64,000 nt of DNA, taken from the NCBI GenBank assembly GCA_021432655.1, contig MU271198.1:1-64000 (forward strand), in the 5' to 3' direction. Every line of letters begins with the position of its first letter. Position 1 is the stretch's first letter. The notes beneath the pieces were generated by a model. That model saw only the letters and a program-made list of their open reading frames with translations. It made no database searches and was not told the DNA's origin. Below, piece by piece: positions 25,150 to 37,150 of the stretch. Source of the stretch: Atractiella rhizophila (taxonomy: Eukaryota). The translations under genes and the position numbers were made by a program.

Positions 25150-25800
25150 TCACTCTTCATCAGCCTTCTCCTCCTTCTCCTCCTTGTCATCAGCCTTCTC
25201 TTCCTTATCGTCTCCGCTAGCCTCTCCGTTCTGAGCAGCGTCCGGTCCCTTCGCGCTGACGATGGTCGCATTAAGGTTGAAGTTCGCGGTCACTTCGTAG
25301 GGCTTTCCGTCAACCTCAACTGTGACGGTGAATCGGCCCTGTACGCGTAAATTTTTAACCAAAGGAATCGCGCTAGGAAAACGGGAAAATCGCGTACGTT
25401 CCCCTTCCATCCTACGTTAGACGCCTACACTCTCACAATCATTTCAGACCCAGTTCGCTTTGCCGTCCTGAACACAAAACTAACTCACCCCTAGAGTGCC
25501 AGCAGCACACTCAAATTCTACTGTCTTTCCCTCGGCACCCGGAAGAGTGACAACTCCTTTGACAGGTCCGGCAGCCTTAACAAACTCGTCTTTTTTCATT
25601 CCCCCGAACTACCCCACGCAGCCAACATTCTTTAGGCCGCTATAGGTTTGTAAGACGCGTAGAAACGCACCTTGTCGCCCTTTGTCTTCTTCTTGGCTCC
25701 TCCGCCTTCAGCAGCAGCCTTTCTGTGACCGAAAACCACATTAATAAGACATTGAATCCTTGCCGTGAGGGGATGGCATGACGTACCTCTTGGGAGGCAT
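25150..25800 (-). CDS. Small uncharacterised protein: basic N-terminus, compact beta-rich core, acidic tail; about 5 exons
   Basis: Spliced MPPKR..KAAAEGGGAKKKTKG..MKKDEFVKAAGPVKGVVTLPGAEGKTVEFECAAGTLGASNVGWKGNGRFTVTVEVDGKPYEVTANFNLNATIVSAK..EEKADEE*. Confidence 0.75.
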
Positions 25801-25911
25801 TTTACAATATTTCTGCAGATTTCAGAATCAGAAACGCGTAATTTTGGGGTTTTTGCCCTGTTTGGGTGGTTGCACAGGAGAAGGGGCGGAGAGGGGGACG
25901 AGCGGAGAGGG

Positions 25912-25918
25912 TTTTATA
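25912..25918 (-). promoter_or_regulatory. TATA box (TATAAAA) of the 25150-25800 gene
   Basis: About 112 bp upstream of the ATG, followed by a CT-rich tract on the sense strand. Confidence 0.5.
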
Positions 25919-26181
25919 GCCTGGTCGTTGTTTGGCCGTCTTTGGTGAAAGAACTTGACGTCGAAAGGCGCATTTGAAAACGTTTATGTCACGTTGTCTT
26001 GCGCTTTTTGGTACCGCAACGTCTCTTTATCATGCAGAAATGAAACAATGCTCATGGATGGTAATAAGATAATATTGTGAAGACCATCAACGATTTTGCC
26101 GATTATTGAAGTGGAATTGGGGACTCAACATGACGAGTCCATTTAAATCACCCTGCGATCTCTAGAGCCAGATGTGAGGCC

Positions 26182-29100
26182 CTAGTGATCCTGGACCTGG
26201 GAGGAAGCAGGTGGAGCCCCTCCCATCAATGCTTCCTGATTGGCCTTCTCGAAAACCGCCCAACTCGCCTTCAGGTCGTCCGAGACCTCATCCCTTCCGA
26301 ATTCATGTCCAATCAACAATCTCAAACCTGCCGTATACACCTCCTGGCCAACCTGAGCTAGCTCTTTCTCAATCGCAGCTTCATCTTCCAAATCCAGGAG
26401 TTCGAATTGCTTTTCTTTCTTTGCCGGTCCGGGGATATTCAACGTTTTCCTGATCTCAGGAAAACCACAGTTGAAGACTTGAAGTCGCTCTATCAAAGCC
26501 TGCCCAAAAGAGTTAAGACATGCTCAACATTTCATCAGCAGAAAGCACGGACCTCCATCCAATCTTTCTTCTCACCTCCCTTCCTCCTCTGATCCTTTTG
26601 CCCCAAATCCAATGGTTCTGCAGCAGACATATACTCATCTACAGCCTCCGAGTCTTTGATGATCGACGCTACAGATTGACTGATGTTAGCTAGCGCCTCC
26701 GCGAGTCCCTCCAGAGAAAGGTCATCGGTATCTTTATCTCTCATCGATTTTCTCGGAGCTGCTGTAGCGTTATCGACGAGGTAGTCTTCCAAATGCGCCC
26801 GACGTGTCGGGAATGCGGCGAAGGTGTCAAAGCCAATGGGAGGAGGGAACAGATGCCGTAATCGCAACGATGGTTTCTGTGCAAGAAGTTGCGACGTGTC
26901 ATCGCTGCTCAACGGGCTTGGTTCACTTATTGACATGCGCCTGCTTTCGGGCACCGACTTTCTCGTCATCTCCGGCGAAGGTGCAGCGCTAGAAGTATCC
27001 GACTGAGGGAGGGAGAAAGTAGAGATTGAAGCCTGTGCGCCGCGCTTCACGATTTGTTGAGCTTTCCTTTTCTTCGCTTTTCGACTCATTATCGGGGCTG
27101 ATTCTTCTTCCTGCCACAGATTCGGCGTCTCGCTCCTCGACGTCGTATGATCCGTCATCATATCCTCAAGGGAGGCTTGGGTTGACATACTGTTTCGTCG
27201 TGAAGGTATCTCGAAACCTTTCATCTTAGCAAGGCGAGGCTTCGTCAGTGGTCGAGGCGAGACTATATCCGTCTGTGATCCTGCCAGTTTATCCTGCTTT
27301 GGTTCGACAGGATTGTATGGCCCTGACAATTTCTTTCTTGTGTCCTTCTCTGCCGTAGGAGATATAACACCAGTCGGCTGAACAGGTGCTACATAATCGT
27401 TCAGAGACTCGTTCCGTGCCTGCAAGACGATCCCGGCAAATTCCTTCGACACGGTTGGAGATCGCTGAGGAGGGGTAGGATGTGGCACCTTGCTGCCTTT
27501 CGATGGGGCTATTTGAAACTTCCTCAGGAGAGGACTAATCTTTGGACCTAAACCAGTGCCCGACGCTGCTGATGCAACGCTTGCTTTTCGTGAAACGGGT
27601 AAAGAAGGAAATTCACCTTCGTCCGCCAAAGACGGCATAATGGAGTCCGATCCTTCTGACATTTCTCTTAACCCGGACGAAGAAAACAGTGGAGAGGGGC
27701 CAGGTCCGTTCCCACGTTGGTCTCGAAACATACTCTCAGTTAATGTGACATCTGGGTCAAACTCCACTTCATCTCTGTCATCTGTTCCCGAAAAGAAAGT
27801 CAATTGAAAGAAGGGGGACAGGGACAGAAAGACGTGCCCTTAGCTGCAAGGGAGATCATCCACCATTCGAATGACGCATTAGCACTTTCGATCCTCTTAC
27901 TCTTCCTTTGATAACAGAGACGCGGATCGATCATGTTTGAGCGCATCTACATTAACAAGAAAGGTGGGATAAACGGAGTACGACTTGAGGCGGATACAAC
28001 GGACGTGAAGAAACAGAAGAATGAAGAGCTAAAGGATTTAGGAAGGTACGAAATATTTCGAGACAGAAGATAGTTCGATGATTGATATGGCTGGATGAGT
28101 GGAGCGAGTGTGAAGTCGATCTCCAACTGGTGATATTCCATAGTGCGATGAAAACTCGTTCGACGAATCACAAAATTTGCACTCCGATTGAAAGCTGAGA
28201 GAGGAAATGGACGAGGAGACAGAGGAGATTGAGAAAGCATGAAAAGCTGGGAGAGAAGCATCAAGAAAGAAAAGAAGATTAAGGAGGAAGGGGACATCAA
28301 TTCGATCCTATCCCCTCCCTTGCAGCTATTTAAACTCCTGAACTCGCGAGCTTACCTTGCGTCCTAAAAGACGGGTTGAAACCCGCTGACGCTGGAGTTT
28401 GCCTCGCAGAGAAATGATGGCCTAACGGACCCAAATTCCCGAACTGATTGATCTGCTCCAGTGGCTGTGGGTTGAAATTTGGGGGAGGCAGAGGAGGGTT
28501 AGAGAAGTGAGGCGGGAGATGCCCAAACGCTCGCATGATCGCTGGATCCTGGAATGGGAGGTCTATCGCGCAACCAAGTCAATCTCTGCTCAACATACTC
28601 GTTGCGATGGAATCAAACCTGGCATCGCCCGCGGAGTTGGACCTTGAGTGTTCACTTGATTCCTTCCCACTCCTAGACTTTTGATATAGCCGGCAAGGTC
28701 TTCCTTGAGATTAAAGTTCCCTGGCATTCCATTGTGCCTCTGAGCCATCATCGCAGCTGGGCTCATCATTCCATTACTCTGCACGCTGATCCCAGGCGGC
28801 AATTGAGCTTGTTGCGGTTGCTGGTCAAAAGGGGTGGTCGTCCTCCCAGGGATAGAGCTAAAGTAACTCTCCACTCCCGGTTGCTGTTGATGCTGATGAG
28901 GCGTCGGCAGTCCCGCTCCTTTTCCGTTCGGATTCGGGCTGCCCACAAGTCCCATACCCCAAGGCTCGTTCCTCCCCTGATGCTGCTGCTGAGGAGGGGA
29001 GAGCGGATTGGGCTGCTGTTGCGGTGCTGGATTGAGCGGAGGCAGCGGTGCGAAGCCTGCCGAAGGCTGGATGCGCGGGGAGGGGAAGGACATTCCTGGT

Positions 29101-31094
29101 GGGGGAGGTAGGGGTAGGAGATTAGGCATACTACTCCTCACGACAGGGAACGATCCTGACATCTCCGCCGTAGAAGTACCGCCAAGAGCGAACATGGAAC
29201 CTGTCCTCCTCTCAGCCGGCGTCCGCCTCGCAAAGTTGAATCGGCTCCCTCTTCCTAATCCATCGTCTTCCTCACCACCAGCAGATCCGACCGTAAAGGC
29301 TGATCGCTCAATCTTGAACTCTCCAAACGGATCGAAACTACCAGCGTAGGAAGTCGTGGAGCTCGATTCATCCTTTTCTTCGCCTTTCCGCTTCGTTCCA
29401 CTGTCAAAATTGAACGAGAAGGAGCCATCCGAGAAGTCGAAATCCGGGAATAAAGGTGGTGGGGATCGTCGCGTGGAAGAAGATGCGATCGAAAGAGCGG
29501 ACGGAATCTTTGCCATCCCCAGAGCTATCGGCGGTGCAGGCGGGGAAAGAGCAGGAGGAGGTGGAGGGGAAGAGACCGCAGGCGGAGGAGGCGGAGGAAC
29601 AGTGGGAGAAATCGCCTCTTCCTCTTTCTTCGAGTTTGTGACGCTGGAGGTGGGGGAAGGGGGGGGGCCGGTGCGGGTGACGACTTGTCGAGCGAAGATT
29701 GACGGGATTTGGGGCGAGCGGGGAGAGGATGCTTGATTGGTGCCGGATGCATGCGTTTGGGAGGTTGTGCGGTCGGCGGAGGAGCGGATGCCACGGTCGG
29801 TGTTGTCGGTTGTGAGCCCGTTTTCGAGGCCCACGCGGCAGTGGGAGGAAGTGTTACTAATCCTTTGCCTTCCAAACCCATTCTCGAGAACTGGGGAGAA
29901 ACAAACATACCTTCTTTGCCCTTCTTGATGTCCACCGAAGCTCTTCCCCTATGTTCGCTTTCCTTCAAGGCATGCCTGACCGCGCTCATCTCTTCCCTAG
30001 CCTTGATTCCCTCTTCCGATTTATCATTTCCAACCTCCTCTCCCAATTCATGAGCCTGTACACAATTCTCATTCTGGCATCGTCCACCTTTCAACCACGT
30101 CGAACAATACTTTGTTGTCCCCCAACTGGCTTTCAACCGCTGACCGTCAGGTGTTGTCGTACCATCTACAGCGGAAATGCACGCTGCTGCATCGACGGGA
30201 CGCGTAAAGTTGATGTAGACATGCACTTGTTGGTTCAAAGGATGGAAGTTATCGCGCGAAGAGGAAGTGGACGAGGTAGCAGATCGTTTCGACATGAACA
30301 GCTTAGCAATCTTTCCGTATTGTCCGAACTGCTCAGGTCCCTTTAGATATGCAGTGGTCTACCCAATCTCCTCAATAAAAGCTTAGATCAAGAGAAAGAC
30401 GAACATCTTCATTCGCGAATCGAGCGGTGTAGCCTTGAATGTGAACTTGACACTTCTGCTTCACTCTGACATTGGCGAGATTCTTCCGATTTAGCAGCTC
30501 TAGGTCCTTCTTCTGCTTCTCCTTTTGCTTCTTGAGATTCTGTAATCGTTTCAACCTTTCCCACAAACGCCAACATCAATATCATGCCACAAGAGCCGAG
30601 GAGGTGGAACTCACTCATCTGCTGACATAGCCTTGAACTGAGACGGTTGTTCGTCATATTCCCTCCGGCAAGCAGGACATCTCCCGTTCAGATTCTCCTT
30701 GATGTTGTGCCAGCAAAACCTGCATATCTTCATTCCATCCCCACACGACCACTCAGCCGCGTCCCGCACGTGAAGCAGAAAGGGTGAGAAAACTCTTACC
30801 TGGTAACCGCACGGACAAGGACGAAAGGTGAGATCCGAGAGATCCATCTCTTCTAGACAGAGGGGACAATCCATATCCTTCACCCGAGCCCATGTTAACC
30901 GATTGTTCGCGACTTGACAAGCTGCAAGATGCAGGAATGAGATGATCACGAACCTCGTCAAGATCAAGCATGCCCTCCAACTCGTCCATCTTTCCTTTCC
31001 CCGCCCCGTTTGCGAGTTTGGAGGCACTCCCATGGCCGTTCAAGGTGTGTGAAGAGGTGGAAGGACCGTTGAGGTAGGAAGTTGATGGCGACAT
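26182..31094 (-). CDS. NOT4: CCR4-NOT E3 ubiquitin ligase subunit Not4 (3' extent uncertain; may end at 28330)
   Basis: C4C4 RING CPLCLEEMDLSD..PCPCGYQICRFCW..GRCPACRREY, coiled coil, RRM (FGQYGKIAK, VYINF, LKASWGTTKYC) and C3H motif; long low-complexity C-terminus. Confidence 0.9.
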
Positions 31095-31327
31095 CAGTTC
31101 TTCGCCTTTTTCGCACCTGGAAACAGACGCCCAATGCCTTCCTAAGTGTCCCCCTTGCGTGTGGCTGTACGAATGATATTAAGAAATGTCAAATAGAAAG
31201 TTAGGGAGAGTCGATTTCGTCGTTGTGGCGGGAATGCTTTTGTCCCTTTTCGTCAAACTTTCGGTGGCTTGCCTGACCCGGAAATCGACCTCATTGCTTC
31301 GTTCAGACAGCGATATTGTCACCAACA

Positions 31328-31836
31328 ATGCCTACTCAAGCAGGGCTCAAGAGTGCGTATTCCACAAATATATCGAGAATATTTAAGGCATAAACTGATA
31401 CTCGAATAAACAGCCATAATCCTACTCTCCTTCCTCCTCGCGCTCGGATTCCTGCTCCTCATCCTCTCCTGCGCACTCTTCGCCAACTGGCTCCCTCTCA
31501 TCGTAGCACTGCTTTTCGTGCTCTCCCCCCTCCCGAACGCAATCTTTGGACGATGCGCATCTCCAGACTTCTCAACCGATTCCGACGGCCAGGGAGCTCT
31601 TGACGCTGGCATGTTCTTGACCAGCATATTCCTCGTCTCCGGAGTCGCTTTGCCTCTCGTATTGAATCACGCGGACATCATTCATCCTGCTGCTTGTTGG
31701 ATGAGCATCGGTGGTGGAATTGCGGTTTATGCTACCAGTACGTGCCATTTTTTTGATTCTGAGGAAGAGATGGGTAAGAGGGAGCGCAGTAACGACATAT
31801 TCTCATTTTTTCTCTCTTAGATTTGAGAGTTGGTGA
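31328..31836 (+). CDS. VPS55: Vacuolar protein sorting 55
   Basis: MPTQAGLKTIILLSFLLALGFLLLILSCALFANWLPL..SPLPNAIFGRC..FLTSIFLVSGVALPLVLNHADII..WMSIGGG; 3 exons. Confidence 0.92.
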
Positions 31837-32633
31837 GAATGACGATATGACTCCATTTAGTGGAATGGGATTGTCTGAATCTGTTGTAATCCATCCTGTC
31901 TCGGTGATACCAAACAATTCCCAAGCCGCACTTGGGGAAGTGCCATTCTTGTTCCTCGTAGATCGGTCTTTAATCATCCCGTTTCTGCATTCCACGACCG
32001 CAGAACATTTCGAAAGACTTTGTTCCCATGAGATGTGGGGAATGCCCTGCTCAGTCATTGAATGTTGTGTAGTCACCTATACATCATGGACTTTACGTTC
32101 TGTTGTGTTCAGCAGTTTGCATGATGAGCCGTTGGCCCTAGGACGTGGATAGAAGTTATCCGGGCTGGTTTAACCATGCCTGCCATGTGACTCACTTGAA
32201 CGAAGAGGCCGGCATATGGTACAGCAAGGTAGAATCTGTTACAGCAAACTTGTTAGCAGGTCTACATGCCATCGCGGCAGGTTCCCTGCCAGGCGAGTAA
32301 GGGGGCGGGGGCGTTGATGACTTTCTTAGGTATAAAGGCAGGTATATATCCTGAAGGAGGCATTTACCCAAAGCATCGGAGATCAGACGCGTAATCGTTC
32401 AGTGCCAGTCTTATTGCAAGGGGCTGAAGAAAGCTCATGGTATCAATCGTCTGAGAAGGAATTTCGAAATGGAATAACCGTCTTAACAGATAGGATCGGA
32501 AATGTCATTGAATCCAAGCCTTTCAGATGTTCCTTTGGGATAAGTACTAAGTACATTCCGGTATCAATCATCCACTTCCCCATTAGCATTTCTTTTCGTC
32601 GCAGGTCGTCAAATCTTCTGAAACTTGCAGCCA

Positions 32634-35338
32634 TCAAGCCTCTCCCACCTTTTCGTCTGATGTGTCACGTTTCTCATCAATTGAGAAACGCGCTTTATTA
32701 TCTGCGTCATATCCAGCTTCGGTTCCGTGAAACTTCGCGGCTCGTTTGGTGCCATGGGAGGGCTGCCAGTTCGCGCTCTGCCAGGGCTTGACCCCTTCCC
32801 TGTACATTTCATCCACCTGTCCAGCATTCAGAACCTGTTAACCTTCCGAAGATTCGTGATCATACCTGTTCCAAAGATAACCCTTTCGTCTCAGCTGGAG
32901 AAGTGGTTGTCAGTACTGAACAGTGACAAGGTAAAGAAGACAGACGAATCATGAAGTAAGTGTAGAAAAAGCCAAAGACGAGCATGCCGAAGAAGATCAA
33001 CAAGATCAATGGACCGATATCTTTGGCAATGCGAGGTGCGAAGAACTGTTGCCACGTTAGACCTTGTCAACTCTCTACGAAGAAGTGCTTGCCCCAAGCA
33101 GGAAGTTCCAGACCTGTCAGATATCTGTTAGTAAGGCCATTTCTAAGAAATTGGTGAATCAACGCACCCAGTTGGTCCTGAGATATAAAGGTCCTTGAGC
33201 GGCGCCACCCTTCAGAGAACGGGGACACTCACGCAGAACCGAGGGCAATGCATTTAGCACGTACACCTATGAAGAATGACAATTGCGTAAGTGCCGTAAA
33301 AGTAGCAAAACCACAAGGTACTCACGGAGCGGGAAGCTCTCTCCTAGGTACGTCCATGGAGTCTATGCGAGAGTGAGAGATCTTCAGAGTCAACAGACAA
33401 AGAACTTGCAGGCCCCCAGAAGGTGCTGAAAAACAGGACCTGCGACACTATCAGCACTGTCGAGCAATAACTAGGTGTGCGAAAATGTACATGAATCACA
33501 GCGAAGGCAATCAAAAGCTTTCCACCGGTCTTGTTTGCCGCCGTTAAATCTTCCTTGGGAGTGTTTTGATCCACAAGCGCGTTTCCTCCGACACCAGCGA
33601 TCAGTGCAGAAATTGCTTGTCCAACAGCGCCAATCATCAACATTTTTCTTCGGCCTCCATCCAGAAATCAGAACATTGCCAATTGAGTGAAAGAAAAAAC
33701 AAACCGGTTGTCTCGATGAGATATAGTGCTGAATTTTTTCCGTCAAGTATTTGCGGACGGGTGATGGCAGCTGCTTACCTGGAATTGTACCAGCAACACT
33801 CACACCGCCAAGTATCGTTTGGATCTTGAGAGGGTCAAGATCCGTTCCCGCAGCTTGGAAGAAAACAGGTCCAAAGTAATAGTAGAAGTTTTGACCATTC
33901 AGTTGTTGAATGAATTGCAGCATCATCCCGTTGAGCGTGCGCTTCCAGAGAACGTTGCGGGTGCTAAAGCACTCAAACCATGACACTTTTCCGCCCTATC
34001 GCAACATCAGTGACACCAGAAGATTGTAAGGAGATGAAATCTGACTTCGTTTTCCTCTCGGATAGCCACTTCAAGCTCCTCCATCCGCTCGCCAACGACT
34101 GGATGGTCAACGGAAACTCCATTCGAAATTGCAATGGATCTTCTAGCTTCCTCCGTTCTTTGCTTTCCCAGCAGATAACGAGGGCTCTCCGGCAGAAAAA
34201 ATGGTCCCACTATGAGAATGAGTCCTAGAATTCAACAGCTTAAGCCACAAGAGCACAGCCACTTGAAAGACACCGCACCCCAAAGAATCTAATGAAATAT
34301 ATTCAATATTTCAAGTTCGTTCAAAGGTGAGATACTCACCTGGATTCCAACTGAGGATATATCTTGGTCAGAAATTCACAAGAATGTCTGCAAATCCTTC
34401 TTACCTGGGATACGCCAGCTGGCAGAGGTGGAGATCTTGTGGGTTCCTAGATCAATACCTTTGAATTTCCACCTCAGTAACAATCCGTATCATAGTAGCG
34501 GAATAGCGGACAATAACTCAGGAATAAGCCGATGATAATCATGAGCTGGTAGAGGCAAAGTAGTGTCCCTATGTTCTAGTCAGCGTGGAACTTCTCATGG
34601 GTGTGAGTAAAGTACCTCTCAAATGCTTTGGTGCAGCTTCTCCGTTGTAAAGCGGGACAATGGCGGACATGGCACCTGAAGCAGACAGCTCAGCTGGTAC
34701 AGTTATAAATAATTGCGCAACTTACCGACACCAAGACCGGCGATAAAACGACCAATAACAAGCTGAACAGTGCTGCAATTTCAATGTCAGCTTGTGTTGT
34801 ACAAGTGAGCTGGAGAGTTCACCTCGTCACGGAAGCAGTTTGGATGACGACGCCAACAGTAAAAATGGCTGACCAAAACTGAATCGATGCTTTTCTTCCC
34901 AAACTGTCTGCCGTGAATGCCTGTCCCAGCGCACCGACAAAGGTTCCAGCAGAAAGTAGAGAGGTGATCACGGATTGTCGATCCGCTGTGAGCAAGAGCG
35001 ATGAGCTCGAGTCCCAGCATTAGGTCGACAAGAGGGAGAACTGACCGTTGAGAACCAGGTTGCCTTCTGCATCTGTCTGTCCATTCCCAAACCGTCGAAT
35101 GAAGTCCGGCATAACCAGACATCCTGTTTCGGGGTTAGAACTTTGTATCAACAACAAGAAAACATACCAGAAATGACGCCGATGTCATAACCAAATAAGA
35201 ATCCGCCAAAGGCTGGCAATGTCATATTAGCGTGGTCCTATTCCTCTAGTGGCAAAACTAAAGCTCACCGACAAAGAAACAAAACCCAATGACTTTCCAC
35301 TGTGAAGCCCTCGTCAGCGTATGGTCGTCGTGAACCAT
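32634..35338 (-). CDS. MFS sugar porter (hexose transporter)
   Basis: FGGFLFGYDIGVISG, ADSLGRK, GRFIAGLGVG, PLYNGEAAPKHLRG, WRIPVGIQ, LPESPRYL, QQLNGQNFYYY, GESFPL; many micro-exons. Confidence 0.95.
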
Positions 35339-35444
35339 CTTTCCAGATTTTCGTTTCGCTACGTTTCAATTTAAGAGCTTCCTTCTCCAAGTACCTGTTG
35401 CAGCAGACGAAGCAGGGGAACCAGGAAACCAACGGTCTGCTGAA

Positions 35445-35450
35445 TTTATA
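35445..35450 (-). promoter_or_regulatory. TATA box (TATAAA) of the hexose transporter
   Basis: About 107 bp upstream of the ATG at 35338. Confidence 0.4.
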
Positions 35451-37150
35451 TGCGCAGAGGTTGAGCTAATAATGAATGATGTACATTCTCTGGGTATTTG
35501 GCAACGCAACTGTCAGGTGCAAAAGAAGATCGGACCGTCTAGCTCGAACTAATGATGGGTATAACCGGACCGTAGCGCTCACGATTGGTAGTGGGGAACA
35601 GGGGAGGAGCAGGAAGAAGTATTCAACGCTGCTTGATGACGCGGACAGAGGTAAGAGATAGTCTGATTTGCGTCGGCTTTCGTTCAGCATGGTTCTCAAG
35701 CTGACATTCAAAAGGAGCAACCCATACTTCTAACAGGGAGACTGTCATCATGCGCTACGGTTCAGTGCTCCTTTGCTTGGGAGAAGCTCCTGCATCATAG
35801 CTGCACTCGTGTGCAGACCCCACAATCATTCGGTTACGCAAGAGTCTAAACGCAAATATCAACCGGATACCTCACGATCTGGGCAATTGTCGGGGAAATG
35901 TCATGCCCAACCGTCGTCCTTCAGAAGTGTCAACTCCTGAAGGCAATCAAACATGCGTGTAGAGGGGAAGTGACAGCATCATGATTCAATAAGCTAGAGT
36001 TAGCCCCCCTTGTGCGTTCAGCGGGAGTTGACTTTGCCCGCACGCATACTGTAACCGGAAACCACAAGCAAGGCAGAAGCTCCTAGTACAGCTTCAAGCA
36101 GAATTCAGGCAGAATTCAGGAGGAGGCAGCAACGAATCGAAGAAAGGCAGCTGGAACGCACACAGAAGTTGCAGTTCTCCTCAAGCTCATAAATCGTCCG
36201 TATAGTTCCCATCCTAGACATCTCCCGGCTTGCGAGCAGCTTCCCTGGTTTCCCGACTTCCCTGTACCCCACAGTATCTTCCGCTGATCATCGTTGCTTG
36301 TTCCTTGCAAGTTCAAAGACTCAAAAGCGCCTAGTTCACAGCGGAGATAATGAGTCATCGTATTCTTGTTGTTCCTTGCAGATACACAAAAAGCACCATT
36401 GGAGAGAGCTGTCTGCAGTCACGATTTGTGCACTATGTCTTGAGATGTGCAAGTGAGCGATCAGCTTGCTGTTTGCTTTCAAACACTTTGGTTCAAGTGG
36501 TTTGACAATATTCAGTTGCCTTGTCTTGGTTCAAAACTTCTTGCGTGACAGGAATCCTGCTTTTAAGAATCGACTATAACAATGCTCAAAAGTTGCACAT
36601 AATGGCATAAGAGTAGGATTCCCTATTTTCAGCCGCAGAACTCGCCAGGTTTTCGATTAATAAGATCATGCCTTGTTGCAAGCAAGGAATCTCACATGAT
36701 TCCAATAATCTTCGATCCATACGTGAGAGCTAGGCCTTTAAACACTAAGCCACCTCGGCGTCAATGCCTTGAGAATTTACGGATGCCTAGCGCTGTCTGT
36801 TCGCGTTTTCATGCCCTTGCACAATGTAGGTGTTTCTGAGATTGAGAAGGCTCTCAAATCGAGAGATATTACATATCCTCAGATCTCATTGTCTAGAAAT
36901 TCCAACATACGTGTATTTTGGATTGTTCCAAGCTGAAGTCCTGCGGGCTCTCAAGCTTTCAAGTGCCTCTGGCTTCAAAGAGCGACCAAGTTCATTTGGT
37001 CCCATTCCGGGAAAATGCTGCTGCCCGCGGGGCAGACCGCATTTAGAGCTGGCTGAATCACTGCTGAATCGAACAACAGCGAGCAAGCTCTTTCGCTTCA
37101 AATAAAATCTTCAGCTTCTCTTACTTCATACATACTTCACCATAGCGGAG

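Noticed and set aside
27844..28355. snoRNA hosted in the long NOT4 intron
   Set aside because: No convincing box C/D or H/ACA arrangement seen by eye
36098..36119. 11-bp direct repeat gcagaattcag x2
   Set aside because: Isolated micro-duplication in intergenic DNA; not an array
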